A DNA stretch of 64,000 nucleotides from Azolla caroliniana (lineage: Eukaryota > Plantae > Polypodiophyta), in NCBI GenBank assembly GCA_043228905.1, contig JBHGNT010000017.1, positions 14,694,001 through 14,758,000 of the forward strand, given 5' to 3'. Positions 22,714 through 35,830 of this stretch are shown piece by piece. The notes under the pieces were generated by a model that was not told where the DNA came from, made no database searches, and saw only the letters and a list, made by a program, of their open reading frames with translations. The position numbers were made by a program, and so were the translations under genes. Numbering within the stretch: position 1 is the stretch's first letter; each line of letters opens with the position of its first letter.

Positions 22714-25378
22714 GACAAGCATAATCTTTGTTTAGAGTTATTGACACTATCTTAGTATGCATGCAAAATTCTTCCAATGCCCTCATAAACTTTTGCGCAT
22801 CTCCAAAAGTATTTGTAAAAAGTACTATATCATCTGCATACAACAAAAGCATGATGACTACATTCCCAATGACAAATTCTTCAACATCTTCTTTCTTTAC
22901 AAACTTGGCACAATTTGTTCTAATTCATCAATGCATAGACCAAATAGAGTTGGTGAGAGTGGGCGTCATTACTTAACAACATTAGAATTATTGAAAAAAT
23001 CTAAAATTTCGTCACCCATACACAAACATTATATAACCTTCTCACGAATTTGCAAGCATATATTCATTGGGCACCTTGAGTTCTTCTATTCTCCTCCAAA
23101 GATGCTCACAAGGTACCATATCAAAGCTTTCTTGAAGTCTACAAAGCAACAATATAGACCCTTAGCTCTCAAGTGACTATCACAAATGAGTAGAATAGAG
23201 CAAAACCAAGACAAGACTAAATACTAAGAGAGAGAAAGAGAACAAGAACTGAACTTATGCTTCCTTAACTAGTGTTGTTCCCCTTGATTAGAATCAAGGT
23301 GTGCCTAAATATTTATACAAGAAGGTGGAGGTATGCATGCAAGCTAGGAATAGTCTAGAGAATGCATGAGGATGCATGCAAGCTCGGAAACTTCTAGAGA
23401 ATGCATGAGGATGCATTCTCTAGAAGTTTCTAGAAAGTTCTAGTGTTCAACCTACAATGCATCAAGTTGAATTTAATACAAGGAGTCTCAGATGGATGTA
23501 GCTCGATTAGTAAGGTTGCCCGATGGAGACCATGAGGGCATGAGTTCAACCCCTACATTTTGCAATGGCATCCCGTTAACCTCATATACATGTTTGTGAC
23601 ATTGTCTTTCCTCTATTAATACTTGAAAGACAACAAGGTGATCAATTTTGTTATCGTATTTCCTAAGGCCAACTTGTTCATAAGCTCTCTTGCCATTTTG
23701 TTAGCCATTTTTTTAGTTCGTGCACTTACCTTTGATTCCATTATACATCCAAATAGTTTTGTCATTTGCAAGCCAACCATGATGGTTTGATAGTTGCTTG
23801 CATTATTTATATCGCCACCGTTATATAAAGGTTTGATCCAATTTTTAGTCCAATTGTAGTTCATGCCATGTTGCAATAGATAACTAAACATTATTCATCC
23901 ATGTACTTCCTTTCCCATCCATTTGAGCATTTCAGCCCTTATACATTTAAGATCTCTTGCCTTTTGTGAGGCCAATTTATTGTGTCTTGAAGGGAGACAT
24001 GTGTGAAAGAAACCCATAACACATTATCTTTCCGGCAATTGATAGCTCATATAAATTCTTGCAATGCATAGACAAGTCCATAAGAGTTAAGTCATTGTAA
24101 CTCTCAACACATTTTTCCTTTAGATTCCCCCAAATTTTAGCACATGCATGTAATTTTTCTTGTGTTTGAAGAAATTATTGAGTAATTTCCCATATTCTTC
24201 TCTTTCTTTGAATAAGTCTTTCATACTTGAATGCAATAGCTTTTGATCATTTTTATATCCCTAACTACATCCATAATCATGAGGCACTTTCGTGCTTCGT
24301 AGCATTCTTTATCAAATGATGTTTATTTTGAGCCAATTTTCTTGATGTGTTTTCAAGGTGTGTGCTTAGTTGAAAAGTATTCGTTTTTGCACTTGAAATC
24401 TTTGCATTTGCATTCTATTGTGGCACCATGTTGTATCTTTGTCATTTGTAATATATCCTCAACCATCTTCGAATACATGGGCGCTCGTTGAAGGTGCATT
24501 CTCAAATGCGATTGTTTATTATCTTCAATGACCTTCTCACAATCAAAACTATTCATACATTTGAGGTCAATAAGTAAAATCCTATTATTGGATTCTAAAT
24601 GAGAATTTATGTGTGTGATCCAAAATACCTTCAAAAAGTAGCAAATAATCAATCGCATTCCGTTGTGTTGTTTACATGTAAAACCATTAGAGTTGGGCCA
24701 TAAGGACACCACTTGCAATAAGCATTTTGGTACTATTACACATTTGTAACCCTGACTTACCAAATTGATCTTATACATTTGAATATCCTCTTGCATCTAT
24801 GAGATATGTGGCATGAAATATTATTGTGCATCAAGTTGCAAATTTCTTGTATGGGCATTCATATCATTAAAGACAATAACTTTCCCCTTGACTTTGAAAT
24901 AAGAAATAACATCTTCTAGATTGGCAAAAGGTTGGTCTTTATTCAAATATGCATAAAAGTTAATTGTTGTGTATAAAACTTCTTGTACAAGCAATCATGT
25001 CACCAAAGACAATAACTTCCCCCTTGAATTTGAAATAAGCAATATCATCTTCTAGATTGGCAAAAGGTTTGTCTTTTATCCAAATAAACATAAGTTGATT
25101 GCTTTACATAAAACTTCTTGTATGGCCATTCATGTCACCAAAGACAATAACTTCTCCCTTGAATTTGGAATAAGTAATATTATCTTCTAGATTGACAAAA
25201 GGTTGGCCTTTATCCAAACAAGCATAAAAGTTAGAATCTTGATAAGGGATATAACATCTAACTACAAAAGTGAGCATATCATTTAGTGTTTCTATTTTGA
25301 ACTATATGCAACATTTATGATCATCGGTTTTTATGATCAATCCATATTTCTCTATTTCCCTCTTAATCAAGCATGCCC

Positions 25379-25379
<1 letters not shown>
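22714..25379 (-). mobile_element. Degraded LINE ORF2 (endonuclease-RT)
   Basis: Minus-strand LINE motifs: LYCCFVDFKKAFDMV, WIKPLYNGGD..NYQTIM, LLYADD, GDMN-like endonuclease. ~120-bp internal triplication at 24845-25230; abuts (GA)n at 25381. Confidence 0.8.
23178..23601. mobile_element. Solo-LTR-like insertion in the LINE
   Basis: T(A/G)TCACAAA...TTTGTGACA termini. Interrupts the LINE EES(H)LR..GLYCC motif. TSD is degenerate. Confidence 0.55.
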
Positions 25380-25413
<34 letters not shown>

Positions 25414-28100
25414 GAAGAAGTGTGAACAAGTCATTTGATTGAAACAGTGTTCGATTGAAATTTGGGAATATGAGCATAGATGTAATAAATAGCATATAAT
25501 TAAACTCTCTCTCTCTATCTATCTATCTATCTATCTCTCTAACGTTGGCCCCACTATAAGATGAAAATGCCAAAATATATCAAAGCACATCTTACTTTCC
25601 GATGAGCCTAAACACTTCGTCAAACTTGCTCACGCAAGTTAGGTGTTGAGGTAGCGTCATGCCATCATCACCCTAATATGAAGATATGTAAGCTACATGC
25701 AATGAAACCTTTGGTGGATGATGAATATCACTTACTTCTTGTATGCTCAACGTATAAGGTAATTTGCAAGAATTAGACAAGCATGATAATTTAAGTGTCA
25801 TATTCAAATCCCTAAAGCAAGGCAATTGCATTTGTGCGCGCATTATTTTCACACACAGAGTTTTTACTAGAGAGTAGTAACCCCCTTTCTTAGGAAGGAG
25901 TCGCATGCAAGACGATATATGTATTTGGTCACATAGGCCTAAGTTAACCACCTCGTACACGATAAAAAATCTATTCTTTTCCCTTATAGGAAGTGGTGCA
26001 AAATTATGTGCAAAACCTCTAAGAGAAAGTTAAATTATTTGCAATTTGGTCAAGCCTATACTCTTATGATGTGTGTGTGTGTGTGTGTGTGTGATAGTAA
26101 AAGCACACAATTATTGTATATAAAACCCACTTGTTACAACTTCTTAGTCTCCTATGTATGTGTGCATGTGTGTCTCAAAAGACGAGACACCTAAGATGTA
26201 ATCTCTTGTTTGGTTTTATAGGCCATTTTGTCCTCTTGAAAGACGTATATATCCATAGATTGACCCATGCGTGATATTCGTGAAATGCCCCAAGAATATT
26301 ACAAAACCATTCATTTTAAATTTATATAAAAAATTTATTTAATTCACTAAAACATTAATTAAATCACTAAGACAATAATTAATTCACTAATACATTGCTT
26401 AATTCATTAAAATTTAATTAATTCATTAATAATACATTAACAATAAATTAATTAGGGTTTCTGCTAAACTTAGGGTGTCAGTGAAACTGTGAGTTTGTAG
26501 CCGAGAACAGGATGTAGGATTAGCGTAGAGCATGAGAGGGAGGTGAGGATGCATGCCAAAAAGAAGAAATACGGTCAAAATTAGGATTTTGATTGAAACT
26601 AGGGTTTCAGCCAAAACCCTAATTTTTTGGCCGAGAACAGGATGCAAAGGGAGGCGAGGGTGTAAGCACACACAGAGAACAGTGTGAGGCCCCTCGCTTG
26701 CTGCTTGCTATTCACTCACTCACACAATTTGTTTTTCCAAAGAAAACAATTATTTTTTCGAAAAAAGAAAAGAAAATGAATACATTTAAATGTATTCATA
26801 TTCGCATTCCTAGCATTAGTGGGGCTTGCCCTATGAATGCGAATATGTCAATCTATGTATATATCAAGATGTTTTGGGAGATTATATGGAGAAATCTTAA
26901 GAGAAAGTTAAATTATATGCAATTTTGTTAAAGCTTGAAGAGGAGGCCTTTGATTCAGTACATACAATATACTAGCGCTAGGTAACCTAATTATTTAATT
27001 TATCAAGAGTTAACATGATTTAGATCGTTTAAAAAAGAAAAAAAAACTTTATCTTCTCATAAGGTCATCCCATGCTATGTATTTTCATATCATGTGTTTT
27101 TTATATAGCTTTAACTTTGTTATGGTTTTTATGAATATGGTGTTCCTAATATGGGATTGTGAAAGTGAATGGCCCATTTCATACTTACACCTAAAATAAA
27201 GTGCATTTGAAGTTGAAAGGTGACATAAAAATATATATAGAAGGGCAAGTTTGACCGTAAATACATATCCTTAGGTGTAGTGTAAGCAAAGTATTCCTCA
27301 ACATACAACCTTGGGTTGTTTGATACCATGAAAACCATTGGGGCTATAATTGATATTGCACCAAAGTTTTCTCTACAGGAGGGTAATTTATGATATTTAA
27401 CGTTGTATTATGAGTATGTATAATATTTTCCCAAAGACCACAATCATTTGCCAGTCTTATAACTCTACAATAAAATTCATAGCAACCTTTCTAATGAAGA
27501 ATCGAAAATGTTATTGTTTTGCAATGCAACTCTAACTCTTCAATACATGCATTCTTGAATTGAAAATTCGGTTGTTGTATTTCAATCTTCAATATATGTG
27601 TGCTTTCAATGCATGTATTTGTTCTTATTTATTTTAATGTAAAGCATGACATGTTGCATTGCAATCGTCACCGATTGCATCATAGATCCCCCCCAAGGAG
27701 GATGGATGTATATATATATGTAGGTCAACACACATATATCGCATTAAAGGTATTCATGTTTCTTGTGCAAGAAGTAAGTCGGGAATAGGTGTGTGAGACT
27801 AGGACATGGAAGACGAAAGGTGACACTATTCGAGAAAATAATAAATCGGGGGGCGATTTGAACAAGAGAGGACTACTCCTTGATGTTTGGACGACGAAGG
27901 TAAGTAACGTTTGGAAATTCGAAGAAAACAAAGAGTGGAGGAGGGTGGGGCACATAACACAAACAAATACCTTCCATTTGCTTGACCATTAGTTTTTGCA
28001 TACTTGAAGAATTAGATTGAGGGAGGTGATTAAGGAGAGTGATTAAGGAAGGTGATTAAGGAGTAGTACTTCTGAATTCTAAGGAGAAAGCTTAATTAAG

Positions 28101-29069
28101 ATGGGCACCTTGATAGGCCATGTGGCACCTGGGGCAGGGTTTATCCTCATAGGTCTTTGGCACCTTCTCAACACAATCAAGGCCTATGCCCGACAAGGTG
28201 CTCGGGGTTTCAAATCGCGGCCGTGGTTCCCGGCTGCGCCGCCCGGACATCCCGGCCGGCGCGCCGAGCTCTACCTCATCATCTTGGGCTCGCTCCTCTC
28301 GATCGCGTCCGAGCTCTTCATTTTTCCACACCAGCACCACCCCTTCGTCTCACACACCGACCTCTCGATCCCTGCCCAACACCTCAATAACTTCGAGCAC
28401 TCGACCATCTCCCTCTTCTTGCTCATCTATGCGTCCGTGGCCGCACTCGAGGACGGAGGCGCACTCAATCTTGCCGATGGGTTTGTCCACTCCCTCGGCT
28501 CACTCGCATTTGCGGTCGAGCTCTTGCTCTTCCATCTCCACTCGGCCGACCACATGGGCCTCGAGGGCCACTACCACTGGCTCCTCCAATTGATCGTCGC
28601 GGCATGCCTCGTGTTCACACTTGTAGAGATTCACGTGCCCCGGAGTTTCCTTGCATCCCTTGGACGGGCGACTTCGCTCGTCTTCCAAGGGATTTGGTTC
28701 ATTCAAATGGGGCTAGTGCTTTGGGTCCCAAGGTTTACGCCCACTGGATGCGCCATGCAAGACGCGGGTTACCACCGTGTGGTGCGGTGCGAAGGTGAGG
28801 GTGCCTCGCATCGTGCCAAGGCACTCGCGACTTTGCAATTCGCTTGGTACCTCGCCGCTCTTTGTGCCGCACTCATCACTTGGATCACGCTCACGCTTCG
28901 TGGCCCACATGCCGAGATGTCCAAGTCTTATGAGGCCCTCCGCTTCCACCGCGATCCCGATGATGACGACGAGTCCGACACAAGTGCCTCCTTTAAGTTG
29001 GCGCTTCCAAGAGCCACATCCCTAGAGGGCCTCCATGGAGGCAAATCCATGGTCAACCTTCCTAGGTAA
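28101..29069 (+). CDS. TMEM45/DUF716-family multi-pass membrane protein (intronless, 322 aa)
   Basis: MGTLIGHVAPGAGF..GLWHL, HLNNFEHSTIS, LFHLHSADHMGLEGHYHWLLQ, FQGIWF, RAKALATLQF; GC-rich intact ORF. Confidence 0.93.
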   Translation: MGTLIGHVAPGAGFILIGLWHLLNTIKAYARQGARGFKSRPWFPAAPPGHPGRRAELYLIILGSLLSIASELFIFPHQHHPFVSHTDLSIPAQHLNNFEHSTISLFLLIYASVAALEDGGALNLADGFVHSLGSLAFAVELLLFHLHSADHMGLEGHYHWLLQLIVAACLVFTLVEIHVPRSFLASLGRATSLVFQGIWFIQMGLVLWVPRFTPTGCAMQDAGYHRVVRCEGEGASHRAKALATLQFAWYLAALCAALITWITLTLRGPHAEMSKSYEALRFHRDPDDDDESDTSASFKLALPRATSLEGLHGGKSMVNLPR

Positions 29070-32000
29070 CTTGTCAGCAACACTTTGTTCTCATTTACTA
29101 GGTGATCGACATACCGGTATTCGTCACAAATGTACTCTTCATATCATTATAATTTGTACCTAGATTAGCACCCCACCATTCACATGTATAGGGAGCCTAC
29201 CTAGACTGTATCTAGTTTAGCGCCCCATTCGCATACATGTATAGTAGTCATCACAAATGTACTCTTCATATCATTACAATTTGTATCTAGTTTAGCACCC
29301 CACCATTCACATGTATAGGGAGCCTACCTAGACCATCAAATATCCGTCAAATATCTAAGAAGGTGTGCCCCTTGCATATCACGCTTTACCATATGGTGTC
29401 ATGTCCACCATTCATCATGTATGTGTCACCAATTAGTCATCTGACAGGTACCATTCACCTCATATACATATGTGTACTTTGTCCAATTCAAGGTCAATTG
29501 GCATGTTCATGAAGGTGTTTGGTGCATATCATTTACTAGGTAGTGCTTCTCCTCGATATGTCGTAGGTAATTCATTTTGGGAGTCCCCTTCCTTCTTTTT
29601 GTTAGTCGAGGATCACAAGGTAAATTGGTATTTTCCACCATTCAATACATACTACATCCATTTGTTGCCTCATATAGTGTTCATGTTCACTTGGTTAGTT
29701 GGGCTCCATTAGTCAAGTCCCTAAAGTGTGAGTAGGGGCACATTACCTGTCTATCATTTAATAGGTCGTTTCATTCATGAGGGAAATTTTTATTAGTGTG
29801 AATAGTCATGTCAATAGTTGATACTTCCCACACATTTGTTTCATCCAAGTTGTTCCTTCCTCAATGCTTGTATTCCATGTACTTGCCCACATTTGTTGTT
29901 ATGTTCACCATGTATTTGTACATCATATGTATTCCTTGAACACTAGTTGGACCTCTTAATCACATACTTTGTCATGTATCTCTATTATAGACATGTAAAT
30001 ATTGAATCGCAATGTATATATTCATTTGTCTATTGGATCTTGTTGTTTCCTTATTTTTATGTGTGCAATCAAAATAAATCTTCCAATGTTTAAATCATGA
30101 TAAACTAAAACATAAGGCCTTAAGATGAGGTGAGAACATCAAAAACATAGTTTCTGTGCCAACTTAATTGTAAGTGTTGATGTGGAAATGGAGAAGCTAA
30201 AATGAAAGAGACCCACTATAGTTGTGTTGTTGGGGGGGAACTTGTACACCAACTATTTATTTTGTTTAAATGTGTGGTTGTGTTTTGGCAAATCACCTTT
30301 TTTTAATAACCAAATTGTTGTTTAACCCAAGATATGTTTTATGTTGTATGAGGTATATGATTTTATTTTAATTATGTAGTGCTCAATCTAAAATTCCATG
30401 TTATTAAGAGGCTCGTTGACCAAGCATCTGGATAGGTAGGTAAGGTTTCAACTTCAACATAAGAAAGTATATTTTATTAGTTCGTCATACACATAAGCAT
30501 ATTTTTCGAAATTTTTTCTTGCACAACTTTTTGGATGACAAAGGTGCGAAACAAGACGAAATTTCAATGACAATATCTAGAATTTATGGATGTTTCTCTA
30601 TTCTCCATTGAGTGGATATTCTCAACTAGATGATCATCTTGATAATATAATAAATAGCCTACTTAGACAAAATGTCAAATCACAAATTAAGCTTATATTT
30701 ATAAATAACATATGAATATGATATTGGATCACTTGTAACAAACTGGCAACACTATTGAGAGGATGGAAATTACATATTGTTATACATTCCCCTCGATAGA
30801 ACCCAATCAACAAGTTGTTCTATGGTGTAAAGGATGTTAAATGGGTTCCATCACAATTCACATGACAACAAATAAAACCAATTCAACAATCATGCATTTT
30901 TTTCCTTAATATTTTGTTCACGATTTTACCGACTCCAACCCACACATAAGTGGCTTAATCCATCATGCTTTGAGAGAAACTACCCTAAATTCACTTCAAC
31001 ATCACACTACTGAACTAACACTACAAACCATATTTCATGTTGGGCATACACGTTCATATGAACTTGCCACTTGGTTTCCTATTCCTCAATATCACGCTTG
31101 GTGATCAATTTTAAGAAATCCTTTTTCTAACTATGTCACAAGGTTTTGAATTCCATAAAGCAAGGGTGGAGTGTGTTTCTCTTCCATTAAAATACTCTTC
31201 CAACATAACCTAAACGGTGACTAGAAGACAAGGTTGTAGAATCAAATAGAGAACGCTATTGCGAGTTTTATGACCCATCGATTGCTAACTTCATTTACAT
31301 CAAAGACAATCGTCGCCCAATAGAGAATATCTTATGCAACAAAGAAAAGGAATTGTAAATTTTGCCATCCATTGATTGCTACTTCTCATGCTTGAAAGAC
31401 ACTCATTGGTTGTAGACTCCGTGCCAAGGATTGGTTCTCCTAATACATGAGGCAATTAATCAAGATGAGTGCTACTTTTTCCGCCAAGTACACCAAATAA
31501 ACACTATCCATAAAATTTCACTCTCACAAGTCTTTTTATTTTATAACCAACTCCAAGTATCCATCAAACTATGCTTTCTTTCATGTGTCTGTCTTTCATA
31601 ACCACTAAGAGTGTGTCCATAAAACTGCTTCCATGTGCCTTTTCTCTCATAAACCAACTGAGAACATCCATCAAACTAAACCTCCATCAAGGCTTATCTT
31701 TCATAACCAACTATGAGAATCCATGAGATTTTGTTTTCATATATCTTTTCGTTTATAACCAACTAGGAGTATCCATCAAACTATGCTCATACATGTCTCT
31801 TCTTCCATAAGCCAATTACGGTTCATGCATACGAGTTCGAACCGAATTCGTAATATGACAAGCAAACATTTGAGTAGGAACCACAAATATAGAGGAAAAA
31901 ATTGTACATAGATTGAGCTGAATCTCAAGAGACCGAACCTCACAAGAGGATTGTGCTCCAAATGATTTGATTCATTTTTTGGGGGGGATCTCATGCATTC

Positions 32001-32217
32001 ACAGACGTACCGGAGCATCGTGAATGACTTAAGATGAATTTTGGCAGTACAAAAAAAGGAACGGAAAGAAAGTGAATGAACTAAAAAGAAAAGAAAAGCT
32101 TAAACCCCAACCCAAAAGAATCCTCACTCCCATTTGCTAGCTATTACACCATTATCAAAAGGTAAAAGCCTAAGACCAACCGATCCCGAAAAAGATTTGA
32201 GTTAAATTTCAATACAA

Positions 32218-34982
32218 TCACAACCCTTCTTTCCCATCGGCCGCACGGAGGGAGCCCAACTGAACGGGAGCTTGTGTTTGCACTACCTTCGATGAAGCAT
32301 AGACAGAGAAATCAACACCTTTCTCCTTCTCCTTCTCAAGTTGTTCTTTAATCCAGAAGTATGTGATTCTCAAACCATCCTAGTTAAAACAAAAAGTAGA
32401 ATGGCAAAGGTATTATATGTGTTGCATGACTCAAAATTGATGGTGCATGAGTAAACCGAAAACTCCATAGACAAAGGGTAGTGTAGTGTTAATATACCTT
32501 GAGCTTCATGGATGGGGCCCAACCCAACTTTTCCTTGATCAAAGTGTTGTCCGAGTTGCGACCTCTCACGCCCTCGGGGCCAGGGATGTGATGAATCGGC
32601 AAGCTCTTGCTTTCAAAGCTCAATACAATCTCCGCCATCTCATTCATGCTAACCATCTCGTCACTTCCAATGTTAACCGGCTCCGTAAAGTCTGACTTTG
32701 TAAGCCTACATACATTGTGAGAACCAAATCAACAGGTCTGAATTGTCGATCCGATCCATGGGACGCTAGGACCCCAGCTCTTGATCTAATCCACAGGATG
32801 CATGGATCCAAGCACTAAATCCGTAGACAATTTCCTCACCAATGAATTTCATTCCTTACAAGGGACTTACCTCAACACACCTTCCACACATTCATCAATG
32901 AAGGTGAATGACCTGGTCTGAATACCATCACCCCACATCTCGAAACGGTCGACAGATGTAAGAGCCTTGCGGCAAAATGCAGCTGGAGCCTTCTCACGTC
33001 CACCTGGTCAAAGATGTTGAAAGTGATCACTCAAATAAGAAGGAACACTTTTACCTATTGATATAGATAAACAAAATCACAAGTCCACTAAACTAGGTTT
33101 GTTGTGTATTGGTATATTGTACCTTTCCATGTACCGAAAGGACCATATATGTTATGGAAGCGGCCGATTCTGCACTCGATGCCGAAATCTTTCGTGTAAT
33201 GCTTGCACAACTCTTCAGAAGCAAGCTTTTCCAAACCATACGCATCTTGTGGCTGAAAGAGAAGACAAGTTCCGTAGTACATATAAGCACGACAATCGCT
33301 TTATAGCTTATAAAGAACCCAAATCTGTTCGATTAACAGTAGTAAGACTCACCTCTGCAGGCCATGCATCAGATTCCTTCAAACTCACATTTGTCTCGAG
33401 CTGCTTGAATTCCGGGTAGATGCATGCACTAGATGCATAAAAGAATCTGCCAAATCAAGTTGAAAACCACAAAGGGTGAAAACCAAGGATAGGATTCCAT
33501 GATGGTAGATCTAGCTTTGAAAACCTTAAACCCTAACCAATCTAGGGTATGATTTTGGCCATGACTCAAATTTAAAAGATGTAGAAATACTTGAGATTTC
33601 AAAAACAAATCAACCCCATCTAGGGTACAGGGTTTAGTTTTGGGTTAACTCAAACACCCAAAAGCCTAACACCAACTCACCTACAATATATTTATATGTG
33701 GTCTCAAATTCGGAAGGCATGGATTTTATCGAGATTTCAAAAATATAGGAGAAAAACGATACGAAAATGTGATCTTTTGACTCCGTCAGATCTGTTTAAA
33801 CCCAAAACACTATTCCATCTAATTTTTGTCACTGGAGTGAAATTCTCCATCTTAACCCTAACCCTACACCATCTCGAGAATGTTTATCCCAAATCTGCCA
33901 TGCCTATCCCTAGCCATATTTTATTTGGACTCAATTTGATCCAAGATACTATCCAAACCCTAACCGGTTTATATATATGATTATTGGATATAAACAGAAC
34001 ATTCTAAAGACATGAATAAAGATATATCAAAGATTTTAACCCAAAATCCTAATTCTAAATCATCTAAAGTCGTGGATAGGCTTCAGATCTCGAAGAATTT
34101 CCTGTGAAACCTTAAACCCTAAATCTTAAACCCTAATCCTAAAACACCTAGGATTCGACTCAACATTCCGAAAAAAACGCATGGATCCTAGGATACGACT
34201 CAACATTCCGAAAAAAACACATGGATCTACAATATGACTCAGACATTCCCAAAAAAACACATGGATCTACGATATGACTCAAACATTCCAAAAAAACACA
34301 TGGATCCTACGATATGACTCACATTCCGAAAAAACACATGGATTCTAGGATATGACTCAAAACATTCCAAAAAAACACACACATGGATCTTAGGATATGA
34401 CTCAAACATTCGGAAAAAACACACACATGGATCCTCGGATATGACTCAAACACTCCGAAAAAAACACATGGATCCTAGGATATGACTAAAACATTCCGAT
34501 AAAAACACATGGATTCGATCCAATCCGATCCGATCAAATCAGATCGGGGGAAAAGAAATCGGGGCTCACCTCTTGACGCCGTTGATGCGAGCCGCCTCGA
34601 GCATGTTGAAGCTGATCATGGTATTGTTGTAGAAGATGACCGAGTGGTTGGATTGGATGAAGCCCATGCCGCCCATATCGGCGGCGAGATTGAAGACATG
34701 ATCGACATCTTTGGTGACGGCGAGGCAGTTATCCATGACTCGGAGGTCGACGAGGTGGAATTCATGGCAAAACATGTCTTCGGTCATGTGCTCATTCTTC
34801 TTCCAATCCGATGCGATGATGTAGTGGCCCTCGCCCTTGAGGCGGCGCGCGATGTGAGATGCAATGAAGCCGCCGGCCCCCGTGATGGAGATGCGGAGTG
34901 ATGCCTCGGGCCAGTAGGGCTCGCGCTCGAGCTCCGTGAATGTGTAGTCTCCGAAGCTCGGGCCATTGGTGGGAGGAGACAT
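32218..34982 (-). CDS. GME: GDP-mannose 3',5'-epimerase (379 aa; exons 34982-34570, 33446-33353, 33252-33123, 33003-32871, 32705-32498, 32379-32218)
   Basis: ITGAGGFIASHIARRLK, FNLAADMGGMGFIQSNHS, FFYASSACIYP, YGLEK, GREKAPAAFCRK, WGDGIQTRSF, GPEGVRGRNSDN, LRAADGKE. All introns are GT-AG and phases sum to 1140 nt. Confidence 0.97.
34150..34515. repeat. ~41-bp minisatellite in GME intron 1
   Basis: About 9 copies of CATGGATCCTAGGATATGACTCAAACATTCCGAAAAAAACA. Confidence 0.9.
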
Positions 34983-35429
34983 TTTGTTTGTTGGCCTACT
35001 ATAAGAGAGAGAGAGAGAGAGAGAGAGAGGTTGGGCTATGGTGTCTGGTTTTTGTGTGTTGGTTGATAGGTATACTATAGATGGGTTATCTCTTTACCTA
35101 TATATACTCATATATAGCTTGTATATATACATATATAGTGTATGTGTGTGTGTATGCTTTGTGTGTTCGAATCCTAGCAAAAGCAAGTTACACACAATTA
35201 GGAAAGAGAGATTTTCTTTTAGACAATGTGGACACTACTTTTGGAGAGAAAGAGAGAGAGAGAAAGAAAGAAAGAAAGATATATTAACGTCTTCTAAGAC
35301 CAAATTTGGCCCATGAGACAATTGGTTTACAATAAAAATGGGGTATCTACCCATTCATTTATTGAAAGTAAAAATTAAAATAAAATAAAATAGAACGTAA
35401 GCTAAAGAGTTCTAGAAAATGTGGACACT

Positions 35430-35460
35430 ACATTTAGAGAGAGAGAGAGAGAAAAGAGAA

Positions 35461-35492
<32 letters not shown>

Positions 35493-35501
35493 AAAGAGAA
35501 A

Positions 35502-35532
<31 letters not shown>

Positions 35533-35674
35533 AAAGAGAAAGAGAAATGTGTGTGTGTGAGAAAGAGAGAGAAAAGAGAAAGATAAAGAGAGAGAAATGT
35601 GTGTATGAGAGACAAGAGAGCGAAATGTGTGGGCGTGTGAGAGATAGAGAGAGAGAGAAAAGAGAAAGAGAAAT

Positions 35675-35718
<44 letters not shown>

Positions 35719-35767
35719 AGAGAGAGAAATGTGTGTGTGTGTGAGAGACAGAGAGAGAAAGAGAAAT

Positions 35768-35809
<42 letters not shown>

Positions 35810-35830
35810 AAGAAAGAGAGATGGGGAGAG
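35430..35830. repeat. Compound (GA)n/(GT)n microsatellite upstream of GME
   Basis: Repeated AAAT(GT)n(GA)n blocks; the overlapping ORFs are low-complexity artefacts. Confidence 0.95.

Noticed and set aside
29123-29333. Local ~85-bp direct duplication downstream of the TMEM45-like gene; also short diverged repeats at 31500-31810 and 50959-51190
   Set aside because: Ordinary local duplications with no further structure.
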